Positions 10,785 through 19,981 of a stretch of 64,000 nt of DNA are shown here, piece after piece. The number at the start of each line of letters is the position of its first letter. Positions within the stretch are counted from its first letter, which is position 1. Origin of the DNA: Terrimicrobiaceae bacterium (lineage in GTDB: Bacteria > Verrucomicrobiota > Verrucomicrobiia > Chthoniobacterales > Terrimicrobiaceae); the NCBI GenBank assembly GCA_041752695.1, contig JBGSVZ010000027.1:1-64000 (forward strand), given 5' to 3'. The notes beneath the pieces were generated by a model, which made no database searches, had not been told where the DNA came from, and saw nothing but the letters and a program-made list of their open reading frames with translations. The position numbers and the translations under genes are program-made.

Positions 10785-12626
10785 TTGAACAAGGGGCGTT
10801 TGTCATGCGCCTGGTGGACCGCGGGTCTCCTCGGCACCGGGGCGCTGGCCATCGCGGTGGCGTTGGTTTTTGCCCCCAAACCCTGGACGATCAATCTCGA
10901 GACGGTCGGCCGTGAGGATATCAAGGCGCACGCGCAGGTGGGCCTCTGGTGGGCGGGCCTGGCGATGCTTTTTCCCCTCATCCTCCTGGCCGCGACCGCG
11001 CGCTGGTGGACCGCGCCGCTGCGCGGCGAACGCTCAACGTCGAACGTTCAACTTTCAACGCCGAAGTGGTTTTTCCCGGGCATCGTTGGGGCGATGTTGG
11101 TGTTTGCGGTGCTGGGCGCGTTCCGCTTGCCGCAGAGTTTGTGGGACGACGAGTCATATTGCGTGCGGAAGATGATTTTGGGCTCCTATCGGGTGAAAGA
11201 GGACGGTTCGGTCAAGCTGAAGTCCGCCTCGTGGCAGGAGACCCTGTGGTATTATCAGATGCCCGCGAACCATGGGCTGCAGACCGTTCTGTCGCGGCTG
11301 GTGCTGGACGGCTGGCGGACGGTGGCCAGGCCGGGCGGGTTGCAGCTTTCCGAGATCGCCGTGCGGCTGCCGAGTTATCTGGCGGGAATCCTGTCCATCG
11401 GCGCGCTGGGGTTGCTGGTGGCGCGGCTGGGTTTTCCTCAGGAAGCCGTGATTGCCTCCTGGCTGCTCGCCTTGCACCCGTGGCACCTGCGGCTGAGCCC
11501 GGAGGCCCGCGGGTATGCCTTTGTGTTTCTGCTCATCCCGGTGTGTTGTCTGCTCGCGCTGCGCGCCGTGAGGTCGGGCACCTGGGGGGCACTGGCGGCC
11601 TTTGCCGTCGCGGAGTTTGTCCTGCTCTACACCTGGCCGGGGGCGTTGTTCACGGTGTGTGCGCTCAACCTCGCCGCGTTGTTTCTGATTTTTCGTCAGC
11701 CGCGTGGGGAGGCCCTGCCTTTGGCCGGGCGCTGGATGGCTTGCGGGGTGCTCACCGCCACGGCGCTCATGCCCTTGGTTTTCCCCTGGCTGCCCCAGTT
11801 GTCGCGCTATCTCAAAGATCCGCTCGACTACGATTTCGGGGTCGGGTGGTTAAAAAACCTCGGCGCGCTGTTGCTTTCGGGCGCTCAGTGGGCCGAGGCG
11901 GGTGGGCTCGGACCGCCTTATCTGGAGCTTTCCACGCGGGCGATGGCTGCTCCGTGGGTCTTTTTTCCCCTCGTGCTGGTCGCAGGGCTTTTGGTGGCGG
12001 GCGGAGTCTGGCGGTTGTGGCAAAGCGGCATCACCGCCCGTGTGCTCCTTCCCGTGCTGCTCCTCCCCGGACCTGCGATGTATCTGCTCACCCGGCTCAA
12101 AGGGGGACATCTGCACGAATGGTATCTGGCGTTCATGCTCCCGACCCTGGTGGCCTGTGTGGCCATCGGGCTGCCGCGTTGGGGGCCGCGCTGGGTCACG
12201 GGTGGTCTGGCCGTGCTGGTTTTCGGCCTCCTGACGATGCCGGAACGTTGGTATTTTCTGACAAAATCGATCCAACCGTTCCGCGAATCGGTGCGGCTCA
12301 CCCGGCCAAATCTGGATCCTCAGGCGCCGGAAAATCGGACCATCATCACCACGACCTGCCTGATCACTCCGGTGGTCTACGATCCGCTCATCCGGAAAGC
12401 CTTCACCGGCGAAGAGCTGAAAATGCTCATGCGTGAGGCTGACGCGAAAGGCGCGGCTCTGTTTGCCAACAATGGCTACTTCCACGGCGTGAAGGACCGC
12501 TACCCCGAAGTGTATGGCCTGCTGACGGATGAAACCCTTTTTGAAGAGGTCGCATTCCTGCCAGGGAGTGAACCCAGCTTCGATCGCAGTGTGCATCGCT
12601 ACCGGTCGGGAGCCTTGCCGCCATGA
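10785..12626 (+). CDS. GT-C-fold membrane glycosyltransferase, paralog 2 (start uncertain; in-frame TTG at 10785, ORF open from 10680)
   Basis: SLWDDESY, QMPANH, VRLP, HPW..LSPEARGY, YDP, DR..HRY motifs; multi-TM profile. Confidence 0.8.
   Translation: MNKGRLSCAWWTAGLLGTGALAIAVALVFAPKPWTINLETVGREDIKAHAQVGLWWAGLAMLFPLILLAATARWWTAPLRGERSTSNVQLSTPKWFFPGIVGAMLVFAVLGAFRLPQSLWDDESYCVRKMILGSYRVKEDGSVKLKSASWQETLWYYQMPANHGLQTVLSRLVLDGWRTVARPGGLQLSEIAVRLPSYLAGILSIGALGLLVARLGFPQEAVIASWLLALHPWHLRLSPEARGYAFVFLLIPVCCLLALRAVRSGTWGALAAFAVAEFVLLYTWPGALFTVCALNLAALFLIFRQPRGEALPLAGRWMACGVLTATALMPLVFPWLPQLSRYLKDPLDYDFGVGWLKNLGALLLSGAQWAEAGGLGPPYLELSTRAMAAPWVFFPLVLVAGLLVAGGVWRLWQSGITARVLLPVLLLPGPAMYLLTRLKGGHLHEWYLAFMLPTLVACVAIGLPRWGPRWVTGGLAVLVFGLLTMPERWYFLTKSIQPFRESVRLTRPNLDPQAPENRTIITTTCLITPVVYDPLIRKAFTGEELKMLMREADAKGAALFANNGYFHGVKDRYPEVYGLLTDETLFEEVAFLPGSEPSFDRSVHRYRSGALPP
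11004..11071 (+). repeat. Right arm of the 68-bp inverted repeat, containing 5 degenerate heptamers (11028-11062), inside paralog 2
   Basis: GAACGCT CAACGTC GAACGTT CAACTTT CAACGCC; two perfect 17-nt blocks shared with the paralog 1 arm. Confidence 0.9.
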
Positions 12627-14479
12627 CCCGCTCCACCCTGATCCGTGCGGTCTTGCTGGTGGGCGCAGCGGCGCTGGGACTCACCCTGGCCCTGGCCCCC
12701 AAACCTTGGGAGGTGGATCTCGCGGCGTTTCCCAAAGCCCCCGTGGAACTCTGCGTGCGGACCGGGCTCTGGTGGGGTGGGCTAGCGAATGCTGTTCTCT
12801 GGATTCTGCTCGGTCTCACGGCACCGCTTTGGCTGCGTCCCCTCGACCGGCCCACGCCCGCGGCCCTGCCACCGCTGGCGCGGGGTTTCGGGTGGACCGT
12901 GCTGGCCGCCATGGCCGCCTTCGCCCTCGTCGGCGCGTTCCGCCTGCCGCTCAGCCTCTGGGATGACGAGGAATATTGCGCGCGGAAAATCGTCGTCGGG
13001 ACCTGGCGGGAGAAGGCGAATGGTCAACTCGATTTCAAACCCGTCAGTTGGCAGAACACCTTGTGGTATTACCAAATGCCGGCCAATCACGGGATGCAGA
13101 GTATTCTGTCCCGCCTGAGCAACGAGACCTGGCGGAACGTGGTCCGACCGCAAGGCGTGGCCTTCAGCGAAACGGCGTTGCGACTGCCCGCGCTCCTGGC
13201 CTCGGTGCTGGCCATCGGCGCGCTCGCCCTGTTGCTGGCTCGGGCGGGATTTCCCTGGGCCGGGGCGCTCGCCGCGTGGCTGCTGGCGGTGCACCCCTGG
13301 TTTCTCCGGCTCGGCACCGAGGCGCGGGGGTACCCGTTTCTTTTTCTCTTTCTGCCGGTCGTGGTGTTGGTCGCGTTCCGGGCCGTGCGCACAGGGACGT
13401 GGTCGGCGTTTTTCCTGCTGGCCGCGGCGGAATTTTTCCTCCTCCACACCTGGCCGGGAGCCGCTTTTATCGTGCTGCTGCTCAATCTGTGCGTGGCGGT
13501 TCTGATTGTTCGGCAGCCGGCCATCCGAAACGTCCTGGTCGGGCGCTGGCTGGTTTCCGGCAGCCTCGCGGCGGGAGCGGTCTTTGCCATCACGGCTCCC
13601 TGGCTGCCCCAGCTCGCCCGCTATCTGAGTGCGCCACTCCACCTGAACTTCGGCATGCTCTGGCTGAAAAACTATGGCGCCCTCCTCCTCACCGGACGGC
13701 AATGGAGTGAGTCCGGACTCGCGGAATCCCCTTATCTGGAGCTGTATCCGCGCGCTCTTGCCCAGCCGGTGCTCATCGGTTTGGTGGTCGGAGTGGCACT
13801 GATTCTGATGGCGGCGGGCGTGGTCCGGATGCTCCGCGGTGGAGCGCTTTCCGTGGTCACCGCCGCCATGCTCGCCCTGCCCGCGCCCGCCCTCTACGCC
13901 GTCACCAAGTGGCGCGACGGGCAGCTCCACGAATGGTACCTCGCGTTTTTGCTGCCGGGCCTGCTGGCCTTCGCCGCGGTGGGAGCCCTGGCGATCGCGG
14001 AAAAATTCGGTCGTCGCCGCCGTCCGGTCGCCGTGGTTCTGGCCGGCCTGCTTGTCCTGGGTTACATCGGGTTCACTTGGAACGAACGGCTGTTTTTGCT
14101 CGAAAAATCCGCCCAGCCGTTCCGCGAATCCGTCCTCGTCACCCGGCCCAACCTCGACCCCAACTCCCCGCCCAACCGCTCCATCCTCACCGCCTCGTGG
14201 TTGCTTACGCCGGAAATTTACGACCCCCGGGTGCACAAGGTCAAATCCGCCGACGACCTGATCCTTTTGATGAAAGCCGCCGACGAGCAGGGGGTTCCGC
14301 TTTTCGTCAACAACGGCTACGATCTGCACAACCATGACCATCAGTTCCCCGGCTTGGTTAACCTGGTGCGCGACCCGCGCCTTTTCGAGCCGGCCATCGT
14401 GCTGCGCGGGCTGGAGCCGGTTTTTGATCGCGCCGTGTATCGCTACCGGCCAAACTCCCTGGTTCTCACTGGTCCATGA
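12623..14479 (+). CDS. GT-C-fold membrane glycosyltransferase, paralog 3
   Basis: SLWDDEEY, QMPANH, HPW..LGTEARGY, YDP, DRAVYRYRP; ATGA overlap with paralog 2. Confidence 0.82.
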   Translation: MTRSTLIRAVLLVGAAALGLTLALAPKPWEVDLAAFPKAPVELCVRTGLWWGGLANAVLWILLGLTAPLWLRPLDRPTPAALPPLARGFGWTVLAAMAAFALVGAFRLPLSLWDDEEYCARKIVVGTWREKANGQLDFKPVSWQNTLWYYQMPANHGMQSILSRLSNETWRNVVRPQGVAFSETALRLPALLASVLAIGALALLLARAGFPWAGALAAWLLAVHPWFLRLGTEARGYPFLFLFLPVVVLVAFRAVRTGTWSAFFLLAAAEFFLLHTWPGAAFIVLLLNLCVAVLIVRQPAIRNVLVGRWLVSGSLAAGAVFAITAPWLPQLARYLSAPLHLNFGMLWLKNYGALLLTGRQWSESGLAESPYLELYPRALAQPVLIGLVVGVALILMAAGVVRMLRGGALSVVTAAMLALPAPALYAVTKWRDGQLHEWYLAFLLPGLLAFAAVGALAIAEKFGRRRRPVAVVLAGLLVLGYIGFTWNERLFLLEKSAQPFRESVLVTRPNLDPNSPPNRSILTASWLLTPEIYDPRVHKVKSADDLILLMKAADEQGVPLFVNNGYDLHNHDHQFPGLVNLVRDPRLFEPAIVLRGLEPVFDRAVYRYRPNSLVLTGP

Positions 14480-16339
14480 TCCCGCCTTTCGTCTCCCGTA
14501 TCCCTTCGCATCGCCTGGTGCAGGGCGTGCTGATTGCGGTGATGGTTGGCATCGGAGTCGCACTTTGCCTGAGTGCCAAGCCTTGGACGTTTGACTTCCC
14601 CGAGGGAAAACGCACCCGGGTGGAGGATTACGCAGCCGTGTTTTCCTGGTGGGCGGGCCTGGTCAACCTCGTCCCCCTGGCGGTCCTCGCCCTCACCGCC
14701 AAGTTCTGGCTCCGTCCGCTGGAAAACATCCAACATCCAACATCCCCAGTGGTTCCTACCCCTGGTGGGTCTTGCCATGCTTGCCTGTGCGGGGATGAAC
14801 GCCCCGCGCCTCGCGCATGGGCTCTGGGACGACGAGGAATACACCCTGCGGCGCATCGTGCTGGGTTCCTACCGGATCAATTCCGAGGGCGAGCCGCGGC
14901 TCAAGGAAGTGCCGTGGGCGCACACGATCTGGTACTACGGCAAACCCAACAACCATTTTGTCAACAGCATCACCGGACGCCTGAGCAACACGCTCTGGCG
15001 GGCGGTGGCGCGGCCCGAGGGGCTGCAATTTTCCGAGGTGGCGCTGAGGCTTCCGGCCTTCGTGGCTGGTGTGCTTTCCATCGGCGTGTGGGCGCTGCTC
15101 CTGCGGGCGATGGGATTTCCCGCCGCGGGGGCGTTGGCCGCGTGGGTCATTGCCCTGCATCCTTGGCACATGCGGTTTGTTCCCGAACTGCGCGGGTATG
15201 CCTTTGTCTTTTTCTTCCTGCCCCTGGCGTGTCTGCTGGCGATCCGGGCCGTGCGCAGCGGCCGCTGGAGAGGGTGGGCGGCGTATGGCGGGGCGCAGTT
15301 CGGGCTCTTTTACTCTTGGCCCGGGAGCACCTTCACCCTGATGGTTCTTAATATTGGCGTCGCGGCCATGATTGCCTTCTCGAAGGGCGACCGACTGACG
15401 AGTACCACCCGCTGGCTCACCACCACCGCGGTCGCCGGGATGGTTTCTTTACAGCTCTACCTCCCCTGCGTGGCGCAATTGTCCAATCACCTGGACGACT
15501 GGGATGCGAAGGGGCTTGGGGGCCCATGGATTTACAATGTGGGGTCGCGGCTGCTAACCGGGATGCCTTGGAAAGTGCCGGGCCATGGGACGCTCCCCGA
15601 GATGTCCGTTCTCCTGGCCCAGCATCCGATCTTTTTCGGCGGGTTCGTGGTGGTGATGGCGGCGTTGATCGTGGTGGGCTTGGTTCGCTGCGTTTCCTCC
15701 GGCGTGGCCGGCACGGTGATGGCCTTGGTTTTTATCCTGCCCGGCCCGGCCACCTACCTGTTTGCCCGGCTCAAGGACACCTACCTTTTCGAATGGTATC
15801 TCGTCTTTATGGTGCCCGGGTTGATGGCGCTGTGTGCCCTCGGTCTGGTCACGTTGCTGGCCCCGGTGTATGCCAGACGCCGCACCGTGGCCGTGGTGGT
15901 CGCGCTGATCGGCGTGGCCGGTTTTGCCCTCGCAACCCAGGCGGCGCGATCCCGCCTGATCTCCCAGCCCGTCCAATTCACCCGCGATTCCGTGTTGAAA
16001 ATTCGTCCCACCCTCAACCCTCACGATCCGCGGAATCGGGAAATCCTGACCGTCGCAACTCTGGCCACGCCGGAGATTTACGACCCCAACATCCGCCGGG
16101 TCAAATCCGGCGCTGAGCTTGTCGCGCTTCTCCAGGAGGCCGACAAGTCGGGCTACCCGCTTTTCATCAATCAAGGCTATGCCAATATCCTGGCCGCCGA
16201 AACCCCCTCTCTGTCCGCCTTGATTTCGCAGCCCGAGATCTTCGAAAAAATTGCCATCCTCCCCGGAATCGAACCGATGTTCGACCGGGAGATTCTGCGC
16301 TACCGTCCGGGATCCTTCAAAAACACCGCCCGCCCCTGA
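14476..16339 (+). pseudogene. GT-C-fold membrane glycosyltransferase, paralog 4, frameshifted at a heptamer repeat (possible phase-OFF state or assembly collapse)
   Basis: The N-terminus (ATG 14476 coupled to the paralog 3 stop; SAKPW..EGKRTRVED..FWLRPL) is in one frame. The body (QWFLP..GLWDDEEY..KPNNH..YRPG) is in the +1 frame. The switch falls in (AACATCC)3 at 14725-14745. Confidence 0.88.
14725..14745 (+). repeat. Perfect heptamer tandem repeat (AACATCC)x3 at the frameshift
   Basis: Read directly: AACATCC AACATCC AACATCC. Confidence 0.97.
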
Positions 16340-16470
16340 TCCTTACGGCAGGGGAAGACGTCCCGATTTGTCTCTTGCCTGGCTTTGAACCGTGTTAGGC
16401 GTCGGGAAATGGAACCGTCGTCCGATCAGCCCGTCCGCGCAAATCATCCGGCTGCTCTCATTTTGCGGGA

Positions 16471-18363
16471 ATGAAGCTGCCCTCCCTGGCCAGTATCCCG
16501 GCGGTTCGCATTGCGCGGTTCTCACTAAGCATCCAGATCGTGGCGATCGTCGCCACGCTTTTGCTAACCCCACGGCCCATCTGGGCGGAAGTGCAGGAGA
16601 TTTCCAAAAGTCAGATCGAAAAGTACGTGGCGGCCTACGTGTGGTACGCCGGACTGGCCTCCCTCGTCCCGCTAATGCTGGTCGCCGCCTTCGCCCCCAT
16701 TTGGACCCGTGCGCTGTCGCAGGGACTCCCCCTCCCCGAACGCATCCCGCTGCCGCGGGGATTTTGGCCCATGGTGCTGGGGGCCATGGTCCTCTTCGGG
16801 ATCCTCGCTGCTCCCCGACTCTCCCACAGCTTGTGGGACGACGAGGAATACGCGGCCCGCAAAACGATGATCGGAACGTACCGTACGGATAAAAACGGGC
16901 GGGAAGTCTTTAAGGAGCCGCGCTGGACGCACACCCTTTGGTACTACCAGACGCCCAACAATCATTGTTTCCAGACCATTCTTTCGCGGTTGAGCCATTC
17001 CGCTTACCTCGCGATTGCCCGGCCGGGCGGACTCCAAATCTGCGAAACCGCCATGCGCTTCCCGAGCTACCTTGCGGGAATTTTTGCTGTGGGAGCCCTT
17101 GCCCTTTTTGTCGCCCGAATGGGATTCCCCTGGGCCGGTGCCCTTGCCGGCTGGCTCCTCGCGGTGCATCCCTGGTTCCTGCGGCTGGCTCCGGAGGCGC
17201 GCGGCTACGCCATCGTTTTCCTTCTTCTTCCCGGCATCTTCCTCTTGGCGCAGTGGGTGATGCAGACAGGAACATGGCCGGCCATCGTATCGCTGACCGC
17301 CGCGGAGTTCCTCATCCTATACACTTGGCCGGTGATCATCGTCACCCTGCTGTTTTTGAATGCGGTCCTGCTGGTGTTGGTGCTGAGAAACTTTGACCGC
17401 CGGGATGCCGCGACGGTGATCGCCCGCTGGGCCGCCGCCGGGTTTCTCGCGGGCTCATTATTCCTCGTGCTGGTCGCGCCCTGGATTCCCCAACTGCTCC
17501 GCTATCTGGAGAATTTTTTGTACCTGGACTTCGGCATAGGCTGGCTGAAAAATTTGGGGGCGCTCCTGCTGGTGGGAAGCCCCTGGTCGGAATCCGGCCT
17601 GCTGATTTCTCCCTATCTGGAAATTTATCCCTGGGTGTCTGCGCATCCGATATCGTTCACCCTCTTCGCGGGAGGGGCCGCATTCCTCATCGGCATCGGC
17701 GGCTTCCGCTGGCTTCGGGGGGGAGGCTTTGCTGCCACCATGGTCCCCGTTCTTCTCCTGCCCGGGCCCCTTATTTATGCGGTGGCCAAGCTCCGCCATG
17801 GGTACATTTTCGACTGGTACCTTTCCTTCATGCTTCCCGGTCTCATTGCCCTGGCAGCCGTGGGATTTGTCACTCTCTCGGCCGCACTGTTCCGGCCTCC
17901 CCTGCCGCGATGGCTGGCCCCGGCCGCGGCCTGCGGCTTGGTGGTCCTGTTTTTCAGGAGCACGGAATTCGCTCGCTCCCGCTATTTGACAATGCCGGTT
18001 GAGCCGTTCCGCGAATCCGTGCTGGCGACCCGACTGAGCCTCGACCCCAACACCTCCGAAAACAAAAAAATCATCACCGCGACATCGGGCACCCTCACGC
18101 CCATCGTCTACGATCCGCTCGTGCGGACGGGAAAAACGCTCGATGACTACCTTTCTTGGATGCGCGAGGCGGATGCTTCCGGATGTGCGTTCTTCGTCAA
18201 TATGGGGTTCCCTTTCGGTGTCACACCGGAATATCCCAAAATTCGTGAGCTTCTCCTGGATGAACGCTATTTCGATTGCACCGCGGTTTTTGTCGGAGCC
18301 AAGCCGCTCTTCGATCGGACGATCTACAAATACCGTCCGGGATCCCTCGGGATCCAAAATTAG
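16471..18363 (+). CDS. GT-C-fold membrane glycosyltransferase, paralog 5
   Basis: SLWDDEEY, QTPNNH, HPW..LAPEARGY, YDP, DRTIYKYRPG. Confidence 0.82.
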   Translation: MKLPSLASIPAVRIARFSLSIQIVAIVATLLLTPRPIWAEVQEISKSQIEKYVAAYVWYAGLASLVPLMLVAAFAPIWTRALSQGLPLPERIPLPRGFWPMVLGAMVLFGILAAPRLSHSLWDDEEYAARKTMIGTYRTDKNGREVFKEPRWTHTLWYYQTPNNHCFQTILSRLSHSAYLAIARPGGLQICETAMRFPSYLAGIFAVGALALFVARMGFPWAGALAGWLLAVHPWFLRLAPEARGYAIVFLLLPGIFLLAQWVMQTGTWPAIVSLTAAEFLILYTWPVIIVTLLFLNAVLLVLVLRNFDRRDAATVIARWAAAGFLAGSLFLVLVAPWIPQLLRYLENFLYLDFGIGWLKNLGALLLVGSPWSESGLLISPYLEIYPWVSAHPISFTLFAGGAAFLIGIGGFRWLRGGGFAATMVPVLLLPGPLIYAVAKLRHGYIFDWYLSFMLPGLIALAAVGFVTLSAALFRPPLPRWLAPAAACGLVVLFFRSTEFARSRYLTMPVEPFRESVLATRLSLDPNTSENKKIITATSGTLTPIVYDPLVRTGKTLDDYLSWMREADASGCAFFVNMGFPFGVTPEYPKIRELLLDERYFDCTAVFVGAKPLFDRTIYKYRPGSLGIQN

Positions 18364-18490
18364 CGATGAAGCGCGAGCGATTGGCCGCTCCGGGAGAACT
18401 GTTCTGCGACAATAGCAGGCCTCCCAGTTAGCCCGCTCCGCGCAAATTGGCTTGAGGGTGGGTGGGGGTGGAGCGATGCTGATGGGTGCC

Positions 18491-19630
18491 ATGAAAATTC
18501 TGGTTGTAGGCGCGGGAATTGGCGGACTGGCTTTGGCGGCATTGGCCAGGCAGCGGGGAACGACGGTGACGCTGATCGAGCGGACGGCCGACTCCGACCA
18601 CGCCGGGTATATGATCACGCTGTATCCGATCGGCAGCCGCGTGCTCCACGGGTTGGGCCTCTATCCCGAGTTTGTGCGCAGGAGTGCGGAATTTAGATAT
18701 TACGACGTGCACGATGGGCAGGGAGCCCTGCTGCATCGGTTCGACATGGGTCCCCTCGCGGAGCGCTTTGGGTATTTCGGGCAGATCACGCGCGGAGATT
18801 TATTGGATCTTTTGCGTTCTGCGGCACCGGACGTTCCGCTGCGCCGGAACACCTCTGTTTTGTCCTTGGAAAAGCGTGGGCAGAAAATGGTGGCGAGACT
18901 TTCCGATGGCTCCGAAGATGAGTGGGACGCAGTGATTGGTGCCGACGGCATCCATTCGCAAACCCGGCGTCTCATTTTCGGCGAGGAGCCCGACACCGAA
19001 ACCGGGTGGGGGCTTTGGGTGTGGTGGACCGACCAACCCGGGCTGCCGGCAGACACCGTTTCGGAGTACTGGGGCCGTGGACGGTTTGTCGGGGTTTATC
19101 CCACCGTCGGCCGGGTGGGGGCCGTGGCGGCTGCGCCGAAAACCCTGCTGAATGAACATGCCGTGGGGGGCAGCGGCGAGAAGGTGCGGGCGTTGTTCTC
19201 CGAAATGGGCGGAGGGGCCGCTGAAGTGATGGGAACCTTTCCGAACAGCTTGGAAAAATTGTTCTTTTGGAACCTCAGCGACTATCGCAGCCGGAATTGG
19301 ACGCATGGACGATTTGCCCTGCTGGGGGATTCCGCCTGCGCTTTCCTTCCCACCGCGGGCGTCGGTGCGTCGATGGCCTTGGAATCCGCGGCGGTGATGG
19401 CGGAAGAACTCTCCCGGACGGATGCAAAATTTCTGCCCAGCGCCTTTGCCCTCTATGAAAAACGCCGGAAGACGCGGGCCGAGGCCGCGCAGGACGATGC
19501 CCGAAAATTAGCCGCCTGGCTCGCCACCGAATCCACCGCCATCGCCTGGACGCGCGACCAATTCCTCAAGCTCGCCACCATCGACTCACTGGCCGGTCAC
19601 ATCGCCAAGAGTCTCGCGGAACCGCTGTGA
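18491..19630 (+). CDS. FAD-dependent monooxygenase (UbiH/salicylate hydroxylase-like)
   Basis: MKILVVGAGIGG, IGADGIHS and LLGDSA..P..G.GAS fingerprints. Confidence 0.9.
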   Translation: MKILVVGAGIGGLALAALARQRGTTVTLIERTADSDHAGYMITLYPIGSRVLHGLGLYPEFVRRSAEFRYYDVHDGQGALLHRFDMGPLAERFGYFGQITRGDLLDLLRSAAPDVPLRRNTSVLSLEKRGQKMVARLSDGSEDEWDAVIGADGIHSQTRRLIFGEEPDTETGWGLWVWWTDQPGLPADTVSEYWGRGRFVGVYPTVGRVGAVAAAPKTLLNEHAVGGSGEKVRALFSEMGGGAAEVMGTFPNSLEKLFFWNLSDYRSRNWTHGRFALLGDSACAFLPTAGVGASMALESAAVMAEELSRTDAKFLPSAFALYEKRRKTRAEAAQDDARKLAAWLATESTAIAWTRDQFLKLATIDSLAGHIAKSLAEPL

Positions 19631-19649
19631 GCCTTAACAAGGCACTTGA

Positions 19650-19857
19650 AACCGCGGATGGCGCGGATGAACACGGATATGCGAAGAGCGAAACCACCGG
19701 TGTCTGCTTCCTCTCTTTTTCCCTTTTCGGGGAACATTTTTGCAAGCGACCTTTCTGGCCTCTCCCTTTATCCGCGCCCATCCGTCCTATTTGATTCGCT
19801 TTGCTCACCCTTGCAGGGCTGCCTTCGGCAGTCTGTCTCGCTTCGCTCGGCTGTGGT
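19650..19857. repeat. Intergenic palindromic element: 9-10-nt CGCGGAT/CACGGAT units with an inverted partner, interrupted by a hairpin-rich segment
   Basis: CCGCGGATG GCGCGGATG AACACGGAT at 19652-19678; inverted ATCCGCGCCC ATCCG at 19770-19784; short hairpins at about 19793-19851. Confidence 0.6.
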
Positions 19858-19981
19858 CACATTCCTCTGAATCGATCCGGTTAAGGCGAGCCTGCGGGAC
19901 GCCCCGGGAAAACACCCGGGGGAAGAAAACGCGGAGCGAAAAAATCCTGCCAAACGGCGGGAAACCTGTTCTCTTTCCCCG

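Noticed and set aside
10239..11062. Heptamer and nonamer repeats as CRISPR or DGR elements
   Set aside because: No repeat-spacer periodicity, no cas gene and no reverse transcriptase. Mismatches between the inverted arms are not adenine-specific.
14476..15351. 291-aa ORF and separate 588-aa ORF (14573-16339) as two genes
   Set aside because: They are the two halves of one frameshifted GT-C gene. Sequence after 14745 in the first frame and before 14725 in the second is not homologous to the paralogs.
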